In this document: piece by piece, positions 35,961 to 52,717 of the stretch
Layout: every line of letters begins with the position of its first letter
Numbering within the stretch: position 1 is the stretch's first letter
From: an uncultured delta proteobacterium
GTDB taxonomy: Bacteria; Myxococcota_A; Polyangia; Polyangiales; Polyangiaceae
Length of the DNA stretch: 64,000 nt
Direction of reading: 5' to 3'
Assembly: GCA_963716725.1 (NCBI GenBank)
Contig: CAVQUB010000007.1
Span: 64,001 to 128,000, forward strand
The notes under the pieces: generated by a model
What the model was told of the DNA's origin: nothing
Seen by the model: only the letters and a program-made list of their open reading frames with translations
The model's database searches: none
Made by a program: the position numbers and the translations under genes

Positions 35961-36695
35961 GTGACGGATCAAGCCGCGACTCTCAGGTACCGCCGGGTGG
36001 TCATCAAGCTGAGCGGCGAGGCGCTTTCGGGCGCCACGGGCGGCTCCGGCATCGACACCGCGACGCTGAAGGCCACCGCGGCCGAGCTCGGCGAGGTCCA
36101 TGGCGCCGGGATCCAGATCGGCTTGGTGGTGGGCGGCGGCAACATCTTCCGCGGGCTCAAGGGCGCGAGCGAAGGCATGGACCGCGCGCAGAGCGACTAC
36201 ATGGGCATGCTCGCGACGATCATCAACTCGCTGGCGCTCCAGGACGCCCTCGAGCGGCGCGGCATCCCGACGCGAGTGATGACGGCCATCGAGATCCGTC
36301 AGGTCGCCGAGCCCTACATCCGGCGCCGTGCCATCCGCCACCTCGATCGGGGACACATCGTGATCTTCGCTGCCGGCACCGGGAACCCCTATTTTTCAAC
36401 GGACACTGCGGCGGCGCTGCGCGCCATGGAAATCCGGGGAGAGGCGCTGCTCAAGGCGACCAAGGTGGACGGCATTTACGATCGCGACCCGGTCCGCCAC
36501 GAGGGAGCCACCTTGCTCAAGACGGTCGCCTACGAGCGCTTCCTGAGCGAGAACCTCAAGGTCATGGATGCCACCGCGGTGGCCCTCTGCCGAGAGAACG
36601 GTCTGCCCATTCGCGTCTTCAAGATGGCGCCCGGCAACATCAAGCGCGTCTGCTTGGGCGAAGACGTGGGCACCCTCGTCTCGGACGAAGGCTGA
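35961..36695 (+). CDS. pyrH: Uridylate kinase (right fragment, not flanked by tsf or frr)
   Basis: [49 protein letters not shown]. Confidence 0.96.
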   Translation: MTDQAATLRYRRVVIKLSGEALSGATGGSGIDTATLKATAAELGEVHGAGIQIGLVVGGGNIFRGLKGASEGMDRAQSDYMGMLATIINSLALQDALERRGIPTRVMTAIEIRQVAEPYIRRRAIRHLDRGHIVIFAAGTGNPYFSTDTAAALRAMEIRGEALLKATKVDGIYDRDPVRHEGATLLKTVAYERFLSENLKVMDATAVALCRENGLPIRVFKMAPGNIKRVCLGEDVGTLVSDEG

Positions 36696-36752
36696 GTCCC
36701 GTCGAGGAGGCCTTTGCGTCTCTCGATCGCGTGTTACGCTTCGCTCCCCGCC

Positions 36753-39038
<2,286 letters not shown>

Positions 39039-39071
39039 CTGCCTGGTCCCGAAGCTGATAACCGGTGTTTC

Positions 39072-39701
39072 GTGCCTGTCCCGCTGAACGAACACCTCGC
39101 TCGCGCACGCCGCTTCGCGCCCCTGCTGCTGGCGGCCACCGTGATCGCGGCGCTCTTCGCCCGCGGGCTCGGCTTTGCGCTGTTGGTGATCGCGGCGGGC
39201 ATGTTGCTCTACGCGATCGCGAGCTTGTGGGCGAGCGTGCAGAGCCTGAGCGACGATGCCGAGCTCAGCCTGGACGAAGCCTTGGCGCTGGCCGCACCCT
39301 CCGCGGAAGAAGAGAAGAAGCGTTCGGTGCTGCGTGCGCTCAAAGATCTCGAGTACGAGCGCAGCGTCGGGAAGATCGGCGAAGACGACTACAACAAGTT
39401 GACGACTCGCTATCGGGACGAAGCTCGACGGTTGCTCCGCGAGCTCGACGAGGCGGAGATGCCGGCCCGCGCCCGCGTCGAGCAACGCCTGGCCAAGCGC
39501 CTCGAGAAAGAAGCGCTGATCGCCAAGGAAGTACCTCCCGACGACGACGACGACGACGACAACGACGACGCGCAGCAGGCCGCGGACGATGTTCAGGAGG
39601 GCGAGGAGCAGCCAAGCAGCGCATCGCCCTGCGCCGGCTGCGGCACGGACAACGATTCGGACGCACGCTTCTGCAAGCAGTGCGGGAAGGGCCTTTCATG
39701 A
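39072..39701 (+). CDS. Membrane protein with a CcmI-like helical loop and a C-terminal zinc ribbon
   Basis: Two TM segments, LRALKDLEYERSVGKIGEDDY, poly-Asp run, CAGCG..ARFCKQCG. Confidence 0.75.
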   Translation: MPVPLNEHLARARRFAPLLLAATVIAALFARGLGFALLVIAAGMLLYAIASLWASVQSLSDDAELSLDEALALAAPSAEEEKKRSVLRALKDLEYERSVGKIGEDDYNKLTTRYRDEARRLLRELDEAEMPARARVEQRLAKRLEKEALIAKEVPPDDDDDDDNDDAQQAADDVQEGEEQPSSASPCAGCGTDNDSDARFCKQCGKGLS

Positions 39702-41047
39702 CACGAGCGCTGCGGATCGGAGCCGTGGTTTGCTTGCTGTGCGGAGCCGCCGCTGCCCAGGCGCCGCTGCCCCCCGGCGCGCCCGGAGAATTGCCGGCGG
39801 GACACCCGCCCGTGGACGCTCCGGCCGCTCCGCCCGAAGGCGCGGTGCCGCCCGGACACCCGCCTGCTGGCGAGGCCGGCCCCACTGGGCGCCCGAGTCC
39901 ACGCGAGGACACCAGCGCCCCGTCGCCCGATCTGCCTGCAGGCGTCATCGAAGCCCTGATCAACGATGCCGGAGGCAAGCCGCTGCCCGGCATCGGGGTT
40001 CGCCTGGGCATCCTCCGACAGAGCGTCTCGGAGGGCGACGCACGTGAGTTCAAGAGCGCCACGACCAACGCCGCAGGCAAGGTGCGCTTCGAAGGCATGG
40101 CCACCGGTGGCAGGACTGGCTACCGCCTCACCGTGAAGCAGGACGCGGCGGAGTACGCCTCAGCGTCCTTCAATCTGCGCGAGGACAGCGGGCAGTCCCT
40201 CGTCCTGCACGTCTATCCGGTGACCGGCGACATCCAGCGCGCGATGGTGGGCATGCGCGGGTTCGTGATGGTGGAGCCGCGGGACGACGTCTTTCAGTTC
40301 GAGGTCTTGTTTCGCATCTTCAACGTCGGAACCGTGACGTGGGTCCCGGACGACTTGGTCATCGACCTTCCGCGGGGTTGGAAGGGGTTCAAAGCCCAAG
40401 ACTCCATGGCCGACACCCGCGCCGTCGCGGAGGGGGACCGTGGCGTTCGCCTCCTGGGAACCTACGCTCCGGGTCAGCACGACGTCGTGTTCCGCTTTCA
40501 GGTGCCGAACGGGAACGACGAGACCGTCGAGTTCAACCTCGCGCTGCCCCCGCACATGGCCGAAGTTCAGGTCATGGCCGAGTCGGCGAAGGGCATGGGC
40601 TTCGAGGTCTCGGGCATGAGTCCCGCGCGTCCGTCTGCGCGGGAAGACGGCCGACGTTTGTTGGTCACCGGACGTCAGCTCAAGCCGGGCGAACCCGAAA
40701 TGCGAGAGCTCGCCATCCGCCTCACGGGGATCCCGACCCCGGGTTCCGCGCGCTGGATCGCGGCGGCCATCGCTCTGGTGTTTCTCGCGGCGGGGCTCTC
40801 GATCGGGCTTGGCAACGACAAAACAAAGCCCGGGGCCGAGTCGATGTCACGGGAAGACCTGGCGCGGGCACGCAAGCTCCTCCTCGACGAGCTCGTCGAG
40901 GTCGAGAAGGCGCGGGCGGCCGAAAAGATCGGTCCGCGCACCTACGAAGCCGCGCGCCGGTCGCTCATCGACGCCCTCACCCGGCTCGAGGCCGTGGAGC
41001 CCGAGCAGCCGGCGAAACCCAAGAAAAAGCGGGCGCGGGCTACCTGA
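39698..41047 (+). CDS. Exported beta-sandwich protein with PxGHPP motifs, a C-terminal TM and a CcmI-like tail
   Basis: Signal peptide, LPAGHPP and VPPGHPP, TTNAAGKVRFEG, TM WIAAAIALVFLAAGL, LLDELVEVEKARAAEKIGPRTY. ATGA overlap with the upstream gene. Confidence 0.75.
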   Translation: MTRALRIGAVVCLLCGAAAAQAPLPPGAPGELPAGHPPVDAPAAPPEGAVPPGHPPAGEAGPTGRPSPREDTSAPSPDLPAGVIEALINDAGGKPLPGIGVRLGILRQSVSEGDAREFKSATTNAAGKVRFEGMATGGRTGYRLTVKQDAAEYASASFNLREDSGQSLVLHVYPVTGDIQRAMVGMRGFVMVEPRDDVFQFEVLFRIFNVGTVTWVPDDLVIDLPRGWKGFKAQDSMADTRAVAEGDRGVRLLGTYAPGQHDVVFRFQVPNGNDETVEFNLALPPHMAEVQVMAESAKGMGFEVSGMSPARPSAREDGRRLLVTGRQLKPGEPEMRELAIRLTGIPTPGSARWIAAAIALVFLAAGLSIGLGNDKTKPGAESMSREDLARARKLLLDELVEVEKARAAEKIGPRTYEAARRSLIDALTRLEAVEPEQPAKPKKKRARAT

Positions 41048-41406
41048 TCGGATTGGAGGCAGCAGTTTCCACAGGGTGGGGAAAACCTCCTGAAAACCCT
41101 GAGGAAGACATCCGTGTCGATCCTGGACATCTGCTCGTCCCCTCGGGTTATCCACACCAACCTACATCGCCCTTCATGGGTGGTTCCCCAGCCCGGGCAG
41201 AGCATTTCTTCTTAATTTCCAATATTTACTGAGTTACCCCCAGAACCCACAGGCCATACGAAGACTACTTCTCAAATCTATTTACTTAAGAGAGAGAGAA
41301 GAAGTCTCCTGATCCCCCCTGTGGAGAACTTGGGTAAAGAAATCGCTCGGTTTGGCATCCATCCTGCCTAGCGCTCTCGCGAGGACGCGGCTAGGACCGC
41401 CCGACC
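41048..41406. other. Probable chromosomal replication origin (oriC)
   Basis: Perfect DnaA box TTATCCACA at 41148-41156. Near-matches at 41065, 41077 (rc), 41234, 41243 and 41320 (rc). Strongly AT-rich stretch directly upstream of dnaN. Confidence 0.82.
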
Positions 41407-42561
41407 ATGCAGGTCGTGGTCAGCAAAAAGGATCTCCTGCGCGTCCTCGGGCGTTGCCAGGGCGTTGCGGACAAAAAGAGCACCATGCCGGTTCTCGGCA
41501 ACGTGCTGCTCGAAGTGTCGGGACCGGATCAGCTGCGGCTCGCAGCGACCGACCTGTACTTGGCGGTCAGTGGCACCATCAAGGCTCGGGTCGACAAGGG
41601 CGGCTCCATTGCCCTTGGTGCCCGCGACCTGTTCGAGCGCGTGAAGATGATGCCCGAGGGTCAGGTCTCCATCACGACCACCGAAGGCGCCGCCACGACG
41701 ATCCGCTCAGTCGGCACCGCTCGTCGCTACACCGTGCACGGGATCCCTGGCGAAGAGTTCCCCGCGCTGCCGCAGCTCGATGACCAGAGCCAGCTCTTGT
41801 CACTCGACGTCGAGACGCTCTCGCAACTCATCTCGGCCACGCAGTTCTCCGTGTCGACGGACGAGACGCGCCTGCACCTGAACAGCGCCCTCTTCGAGTG
41901 GGAAGGAGATCGCGTGCGCATGGTCTCCACCGACGGGCATCGCCTGAGCAAGATGGAGATCCAAGTTCCGGGCAAGCAGGCCTCGGCGACGATGCTGATC
42001 CCGCTCAAGGGCGTGCTCGAGCTGCGCCGCCTGTGCGACGAAGCAAAGGCAGAAGCAGGCAAGGGTGAGGACGCCGCGGAAGCCACCAGCATCAAGCTGG
42101 GCACCAGCGGACCCAATGCCTTCTTCCAGCTGGCCGGCTTTCGCTTCAGCGTGAAGCTGGTCGACGCGCAGTTCCCGCCCTACTCGCAGGTCATCCCCGA
42201 CGCGACCGAGCGGGCCGTGCGCGTCCCGCGGCTGCCATTCATGGACTCGCTCAAAGCCGTGCACCTCGCAGCCAGCGATCGCACCGGTGGCGTCAAGCTC
42301 ACCCTCGACAACGGCAAGGTCCGACTCGAGAGCGAGAGCCCGGAGAGCGGCGAGGGCTTCGACGAGATCCCCATCGATTACGATGGCGGTCCGATGACCA
42401 TCGGCTTCAACGCGCGTTACTTCCTCGACGTGCTCGGCTCCATCGAAGAAGACGAAATCATTCTCGGGATGAGCGGCGAGCTCGACCCCGCGACGGTCAA
42501 GCCGGCGAGCGAGAGCACCAAGAAGAACTACCTCGCCGTGATCATGCCGATGCGGATCTGA
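41407..42561 (+). CDS. dnaN: DNA polymerase III beta clamp
   Basis: STMPVLGNVLL, AATDL, STDETRLHLN, VSTDGHRL, FPPYSQVIP, IGFNARY, VIMPMRI. Confidence 0.98.
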   Translation: MQVVVSKKDLLRVLGRCQGVADKKSTMPVLGNVLLEVSGPDQLRLAATDLYLAVSGTIKARVDKGGSIALGARDLFERVKMMPEGQVSITTTEGAATTIRSVGTARRYTVHGIPGEEFPALPQLDDQSQLLSLDVETLSQLISATQFSVSTDETRLHLNSALFEWEGDRVRMVSTDGHRLSKMEIQVPGKQASATMLIPLKGVLELRRLCDEAKAEAGKGEDAAEATSIKLGTSGPNAFFQLAGFRFSVKLVDAQFPPYSQVIPDATERAVRVPRLPFMDSLKAVHLAASDRTGGVKLTLDNGKVRLESESPESGEGFDEIPIDYDGGPMTIGFNARYFLDVLGSIEEDEIILGMSGELDPATVKPASESTKKNYLAVIMPMRI

Positions 42562-43665
42562 GTGCCGGCCCAGCTCGTCTTCGAGCGGATCGCAATTCGG
42601 GCGTTTCGCAACCTCGCTGTTGCCGAGCTCGACCCCGCGCCCCGCCTCAACGTCGTCTTTGGCGACAATGGTCACGGCAAGACCAGCCTGCTCGAGGCGC
42701 TGTACCTGCTCGCCACGAGCAAGAGCTTCAGAGCCGAAAAGACCGCCGAGATGCTGCAAACCGGCGCCGAGGCAGCGCTCGTCAGCGCGCGCATCTCCGA
42801 AGCTGGGCTCGTCCGCGAACAGCGCGCCGTGCTGGGCCCCAAGACGCGCAGCTTTTCTGCCGACGGAAAACGCGTCGCCCGGTTCGCGGCCTACGCGGTC
42901 AAGACCCCGGTGGTGGTCTTCCACCCCGGAGATCTCATCCTCGCGAGCGGTCCGGCACAGGGGCGCCGCACCTTGCTCGATCGCGTCGCGCTGTTTCTGG
43001 AGCCCGCGAGCGCCGATCATCGCCTGCGCTACGTCACGGCGCTGCGCGAGCGGCAGCGGTCCTTGGAAGATCGCGGGCCGCGAGCCGCCGATCTCGACGC
43101 CTACGAGGCGCTGCTGGTCGAGCACGGAGTGGCGCTGTGCCAGATCCGCGAGCGCACCGCGACGCGGGTCGGCGAGGCGCTGGCGCCAGCCTTCGCCAAC
43201 ATGGCCCCGCCGGGCCTGCTGCTCGAGGTCGCGCTGAAGAGCGCAGGCAGCACCGACGCCGAGGCGTTTCGACGTGCCCTGATCGACGCTCGTCCCGTGG
43301 ATCTGCGCCGCGGCAGCGCGTCCTTCGGTCCGCAGCGCGACGACCTCGAGCTCAGCGTCGAAGGGCGCTCCGCCCGCCGGCACGCCTCCCAGGGCCAGCA
43401 GCGCATGCTCTCCCTGGCGCTGAAGGTCGCTGAGCTCGACTGCGTGCGCCAGGCCCGCGGCGCCCACCCCATCTTGCTGCTCGATGACGTATCCAGCGAG
43501 CTCGACGCCCAGCGTTTCGAGGCCGTGTTCACCATGCTCCGGGACGTTCCGAGCCAGGTCTTCGTGACGACCCCGCGTCCGGAGCTGTTTGTCATGCCCG
43601 AGGTCAGCGCCGTCGATCGAGCCGATTTCTCGGTCCGTTCCGGGGTGGTCGCGCGGGCGCGCTGA
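42562..43665 (+). CDS. recF: DNA replication and repair protein RecF
   Basis: FRNL, GDNGHGKTSLLEA, GPQRDDL, ASQGQQR, LLLDDVSSELD. Confidence 0.97.
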   Translation: MPAQLVFERIAIRAFRNLAVAELDPAPRLNVVFGDNGHGKTSLLEALYLLATSKSFRAEKTAEMLQTGAEAALVSARISEAGLVREQRAVLGPKTRSFSADGKRVARFAAYAVKTPVVVFHPGDLILASGPAQGRRTLLDRVALFLEPASADHRLRYVTALRERQRSLEDRGPRAADLDAYEALLVEHGVALCQIRERTATRVGEALAPAFANMAPPGLLLEVALKSAGSTDAEAFRRALIDARPVDLRRGSASFGPQRDDLELSVEGRSARRHASQGQQRMLSLALKVAELDCVRQARGAHPILLLDDVSSELDAQRFEAVFTMLRDVPSQVFVTTPRPELFVMPEVSAVDRADFSVRSGVVARAR

Positions 43666-43750
43666 AAGCGACCCGATCGGGGCCGGATTCGGGGCTGATT
43701 TCTCGGCCGGCGCCGACGCGAAATCCAGCAGGATTTCCCCGGCCTTCGCC

Positions 43751-43779
43751 TTGCCGGAGCCCCTCGAAACGGGTATACC
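43751..43779 (+). promoter_or_regulatory. Putative gyrB promoter
   Basis: TTGCCG-N17-TATACC, preceded by GATT/AAAT motifs spaced ~11 bp apart. Confidence 0.45.
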
Positions 43780-43855
43780 AACGCAGGTAAATTTGGCGCC
43801 CGCCGATCACCCTCCGGAACCAGCCCTCGCGAGCCCGCCACGTTCGCTGAGCTAG

Positions 43856-46423
<2,568 letters not shown>

Positions 46424-46571
46424 GGGGCCCGCTCGAAACGCGCCCAGCGGCCCGTTCCCCGGAGCTGTGCTAGAACGCCGGCACCTTCCGCATTATTGGG
46501 GAGGACACATTCCTTTTCACATCGGCCAAAGTTGTGCTTTATTCCGCGGCCGAATTCTAACGAGGTGGATT

Positions 46572-47261
46572 ATGCGTGGTTCTTTGAAGCTGGTTCTGGG
46601 GTTGGGTCTGATTTCTGTCGTGGCCTTCGGCACCGCTGCTTGCGGCGATGACGACGAAGGTGGCGGCGGTTCCGGTGGCGGCAAGGGCGGCACGGGCGGC
46701 AGCGGTGGCACGACCACCGGTGGCACCGGCGGCGGCACGGCCGGCAGCGGCGGCACCTCCGGCAGCGGCGGCGGCACGGCTGGCAGCGGCGGCGGCACGG
46801 GCGACGCGGGCCTGACCTGCGGCACCAACACCTGTGACGGCTGGAAGATCCAGGGAGCAATTGCCGTCCCAGCGTGCTGCGCGGGTGCAAACAAGGACAA
46901 GTGCGGCGCCGATGTCTCCGCGACGACCGGGGGCCTGATCGGCGTGGCAGCGGGCTGCTACGAAGTCAACCAGCCGGGCAACGTGGACTGCACCGCGTGC
47001 CCGCAGTACGCCTTCCTCAACCCGCTCACCAAAGCGATGTCGTATTGGGACGGCTGCTGCCTGCCCGACAACACCTGCGGCTACAACGTGGACACCACGT
47101 CGGTGCAGGGCCCGAAGATCGGCTGTGTCGCTCCGAAGACGTTCAGCGCGGACGCTGGTGCGGGCCCGGCCTGCACCCCCGGCACCTCGCCGGACGGCGG
47201 CTGCCCGGATCCGGTTTCGGACGCCGGCACGGATGCCAGCTCGGACGCAAAGGCCGACTGA
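46572..47261 (+). CDS. Gly-rich, 14-Cys lipoprotein, paralog 1
   Basis: GAGG RBS, GTAA-C lipobox, GGT/GGS linker, Cys-rich domain. Confidence 0.85.
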   Translation: MRGSLKLVLGLGLISVVAFGTAACGDDDEGGGGSGGGKGGTGGSGGTTTGGTGGGTAGSGGTSGSGGGTAGSGGGTGDAGLTCGTNTCDGWKIQGAIAVPACCAGANKDKCGADVSATTGGLIGVAAGCYEVNQPGNVDCTACPQYAFLNPLTKAMSYWDGCCLPDNTCGYNVDTTSVQGPKIGCVAPKTFSADAGAGPACTPGTSPDGGCPDPVSDAGTDASSDAKAD

Positions 47262-47283
47262 GCCGAGCGCTCACCAAACGCGG

Positions 47284-47317
47284 AAGAGCCGCGGGGCAGA
47301 TGCCTCGCGGCTTTTTT
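47284..47317 (+). terminator. Intrinsic terminator between the two paralogs
   Basis: aagagccgcggggca-ga-tgcctcgcggc hairpin followed by tttttt. Confidence 0.85.
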
Positions 47318-47402
47318 GCGTCGCGCGTGCGAGCGCGATGCGATCCGAGCCGTCGCGGGCTCGCTGCTCGACCGAAGGGCGAGGGTCGCGTAAAGTTCGT
47401 GC

Positions 47403-48104
47403 ATGCTTCGGCGACTCGTGGCGGTGGGTGGATTGGGGCTGCTGGTGGTGTGGGGCTGCAGCAGCAGCACGACGATTCAGGGTTCCGGAGGCGCCTCGAC
47501 CGGCGGCGCGTCGGGAAGCGGCGGCGCGTCGGGAAGCGGCGGCGCGTCGGGAAGCGGCGGCACGTCGACCGGCGGCACGTCGACCGGCGGCACGTCGACC
47601 GGCGGCACGTCGACCGGCGGCACGTCGGGTAGCGGTGGCACGTCGGGTAGCGGCGGCGGCACGAGCGACGCGGGCCTGACCTGCGGCGGCATCGCCTGTG
47701 ACGGATGGAACCTCAGTGGAATCGCGATTCCGGCCTGCTGCGCGGGCCCGGGCAAGGAGAAGTGCGGCGCTGAGCTGAGCACGAAGAACGCTCCCCTCTT
47801 CTACCTGCCCGCGGCCTGCTACGAGCTCAACCAGCCCGGCAACGTGGACTGCACCAGCTGCCCACAGAAGAAGGTCAAGGACCTGCAGGGCAAGGATGCC
47901 TATCTCGATGGCTGCTGCATGCCGGACAGCACGTGTGGCTACAACGTCGACGCTACGTTGGTGCAGGGCCCGAAAATCGGCTGCGTTCCGCCAAAGTTCT
48001 TCAATCCGACCGCTGGCACGGGCCCGGCCTGCACCCCCAGCGGCCAACCGAGCGCCAACTGCCCCGATCCGCCACAGGACGGCGGGTCGCCACCGACCGA
48101 CTGA
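47403..48104 (+). CDS. Gly-rich, 14-Cys lipoprotein, paralog 2
   Basis: VVWG-C lipobox. Same Cys spacing as paralog 1 and shared blocks (NQPGNVDCT, DGCC, TCGYNVD, VQGPKIGCV, GPACTP, CPDP). Confidence 0.85.
   Translation: MLRRLVAVGGLGLLVVWGCSSSTTIQGSGGASTGGASGSGGASGSGGASGSGGTSTGGTSTGGTSTGGTSTGGTSGSGGTSGSGGGTSDAGLTCGGIACDGWNLSGIAIPACCAGPGKEKCGAELSTKNAPLFYLPAACYELNQPGNVDCTSCPQKKVKDLQGKDAYLDGCCMPDSTCGYNVDATLVQGPKIGCVPPKFFNPTAGTGPACTPSGQPSANCPDPPQDGGSPPTD
47502..47651 (+). repeat. In-frame tandem repeats (18 bp x3, 15 bp x4, then two 18-bp variants) encoding a GGASGS/GGTST linker
   Basis: ggcggcgcgtcgggaagc x3 (47502-47555) and ggcggcacgtcgacc x4 (47556-47615). Confidence 0.92.
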
Positions 48105-48266
48105 GGCGATCGCTCACGACCGCGGTGGGCGGGCCCCTTGATCTGCGGGTCTGCGGCCTTAGCTTGGCCTGAGCTTCGTGCTGGAGGACGCCTCGGGGCA
48201 CAGCCGTGAGCCTCCGAATCAAAGACCTGCCCCCGCGCTGCGGAGGCCCATGACACAGGTGTAGCC

Positions 48267-50902
<2,636 letters not shown>

Positions 50903-50918
<16 letters not shown>

Positions 50919-51466
50919 CCCAAGGCCCAGGTCGCGACGATCTGGTAGCGGCTGCCCGCGGGCGTGAGCTCGGACTGATAGAGACAGACCTCGCGGAACG
51001 AGACCGTGACGGACGCGAACCGCGCGGCGTCGATCACGGTGCGGGGATCGCCCGGCTGCTTGAAGCGCGCGAGGGTCACATGGGCGTGAAAGTCACGCGT
51101 CTCCCGCTCGACGCCGAGATCCGCGACGTCGTCCTCGAGACCCCGCGCCAGATCGCCGAGGACGGGGGACGGCGTTTCGACGTGCACGACCAACACGCGA
51201 GCGCGTTCCCCGCCGAAGGCCGAGACCCGCGAGAGCGTGGCCTCGAAGGGCGTCGCCGCACGAGCGCGCGTCACCAGCATTTCGGTCAGCCGAGGCAGCA
51301 CCGCCTCGGGCTGGCCACCGACGAACTTTAGCGTGACATGCATTTGCTCGGGACGTGTCCAACGCGGTTCGAGCTGCGTTGCCAGCGACTTGGCCCGCGT
51401 CTGCGCCGCAGCCAGGGCCACGAGCGACGCTTCCGGCAGCGGCAGGCCGAAGAACACCCGGATCAT
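50903..51466 (-). CDS. thpR: RNA 2',3'-cyclic phosphodiesterase (2H family)
   Basis: MIRVFFGL, HVTLKF and HVTLAR (two HxT motifs), LYQSELTPAGSRY. Confidence 0.92.
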
Positions 51467-52707
51467 TCGTCGTGGCCGCGCAGCAGGACCTTGCGCACCA
51501 GGGCGAGGCCTGCAAACGCCGCCAAATCGCGGATTTGAGCCCGTGATCCGGGGAAGACCATCTGGCGATCGCTGATGCCCTCTCGAGTCGCCACCGCGTA
51601 GTGCACCAGACCGACGGGCCTGTCCGCGCTGCCGCCGGTGGGCCCGGCGACTCCGGTGAGCGCGAGGGCGAGGTCGCTGCCGAGCGCCGTTCGTGCGCCG
51701 TCGGCCATGGCGCGGGCGACCGGCGCGCAGACGGCACCCTGCTCTTCGAGCAGCGCCGCCGGCACACCGAGTAATGTTTGCTTGGCGCTGTTGGCGTAGC
51801 TGATCACGCCCCCCAAGAAGAACGCGCTGGACCCGCTGCGCTCGGTGAGCAAGCGGCCCACCGCTCCTCCGGTGCACGACTCGGCGACCGCCAGAGTCTG
51901 CTTGTGTTCGACCAGGAGCTGGCCCAGCGCCTGCGCGAAGGTCACGTCGCCTTCGCCGTAGACGACGTCCGGACCGAGGCGCGAGATCACCTCGTCCGCG
52001 GCGCGGCGCGCCCGATCGCGGGCAACATCTCCCTCGGGGGCGCGCGCCAAGATCTTGACCTCGATCTCGGGAAAGTGCGCTCGATAACCCAGCGTGACCT
52101 CGAAGGCCTGCTCGATACCCGAGAGCTTGTCGTTCACGCCGGACTCGGTCATGCCGAAGGTCCCGAGGCGCACCTGGTGCATGGCGCCGCGCACGAAGGG
52201 TGCGAGGGAAGGCACGACGTGCTCGCGAAACATCGTCTTCATTTCACGAGGCACCCCGGGCATGAAGAACGCCTGAGCGTGGCCCAGCGCCACCGAAAAT
52301 CCCGGCGCCGTGCCCTTTGCGTTGGCGAGCACCGCGGCGCCGCGGGGAAAGTCCGCCTGCTTGGCGTTCGAGGTCGCCATCACCCGGCCGAACTTCTCCA
52401 TCCGAGAGCGGATCGTGTCGAGCGAAGCGTGGTCGCGCTCCAGGGGAACGCCCAGGAGATCTGCGACACATTCGCTGGTGATGTCGTCGGTGGTCGGGCC
52501 GAGCCCACCCGTGCACACGATTGCCAGGTGCCCGGCGCTCAGGCGACGCAGCGTCTCGATGATGATCGCGCGGTCGTCGGGGACGGTCTCGATGGCCGTC
52601 ACCTCGATCCCGCGATCGGTGAGCGCCTCCGAAAGCCACGGGGCGTTGGTATTGACGAGCTCACCGCGCGTGAGCTCGGTGCCGATGCAGAGGACGGCGG
52701 CCGACAT
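51463..52707 (-). CDS. cinA: Competence/damage-inducible protein CinA (molybdopterin-binding-like plus PncC domains)
   Basis: IGTELTRGELVNTNA, TGGLGPTTDDIT, PGVPREM, AESCTGG, TGVAGPTGG. Confidence 0.95.
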   Translation of the reverse strand: MSAAVLCIGTELTRGELVNTNAPWLSEALTDRGIEVTAIETVPDDRAIIIETLRRLSAGHLAIVCTGGLGPTTDDITSECVADLLGVPLERDHASLDTIRSRMEKFGRVMATSNAKQADFPRGAAVLANAKGTAPGFSVALGHAQAFFMPGVPREMKTMFREHVVPSLAPFVRGAMHQVRLGTFGMTESGVNDKLSGIEQAFEVTLGYRAHFPEIEVKILARAPEGDVARDRARRAADEVISRLGPDVVYGEGDVTFAQALGQLLVEHKQTLAVAESCTGGAVGRLLTERSGSSAFFLGGVISYANSAKQTLLGVPAALLEEQGAVCAPVARAMADGARTALGSDLALALTGVAGPTGGSADRPVGLVHYAVATREGISDRQMVFPGSRAQIRDLAAFAGLALVRKVLLRGHDE

Positions 52708-52717
52708 CGCGCATAGC

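Noticed and set aside
47502..47651. Tandem repeats as a CRISPR array (also 1918-1983 and 32396-32470)
   Set aside because: No unique spacers, unit lengths are multiples of 3 within coding linkers, and there are no cas genes.
48137..48164. Sigma32-like promoter upstream of clpB (CTTGAT-N14-CCTTAGCT)
   Set aside because: Plausible, but the -10 match is weak and no second example in this fragment supports it.
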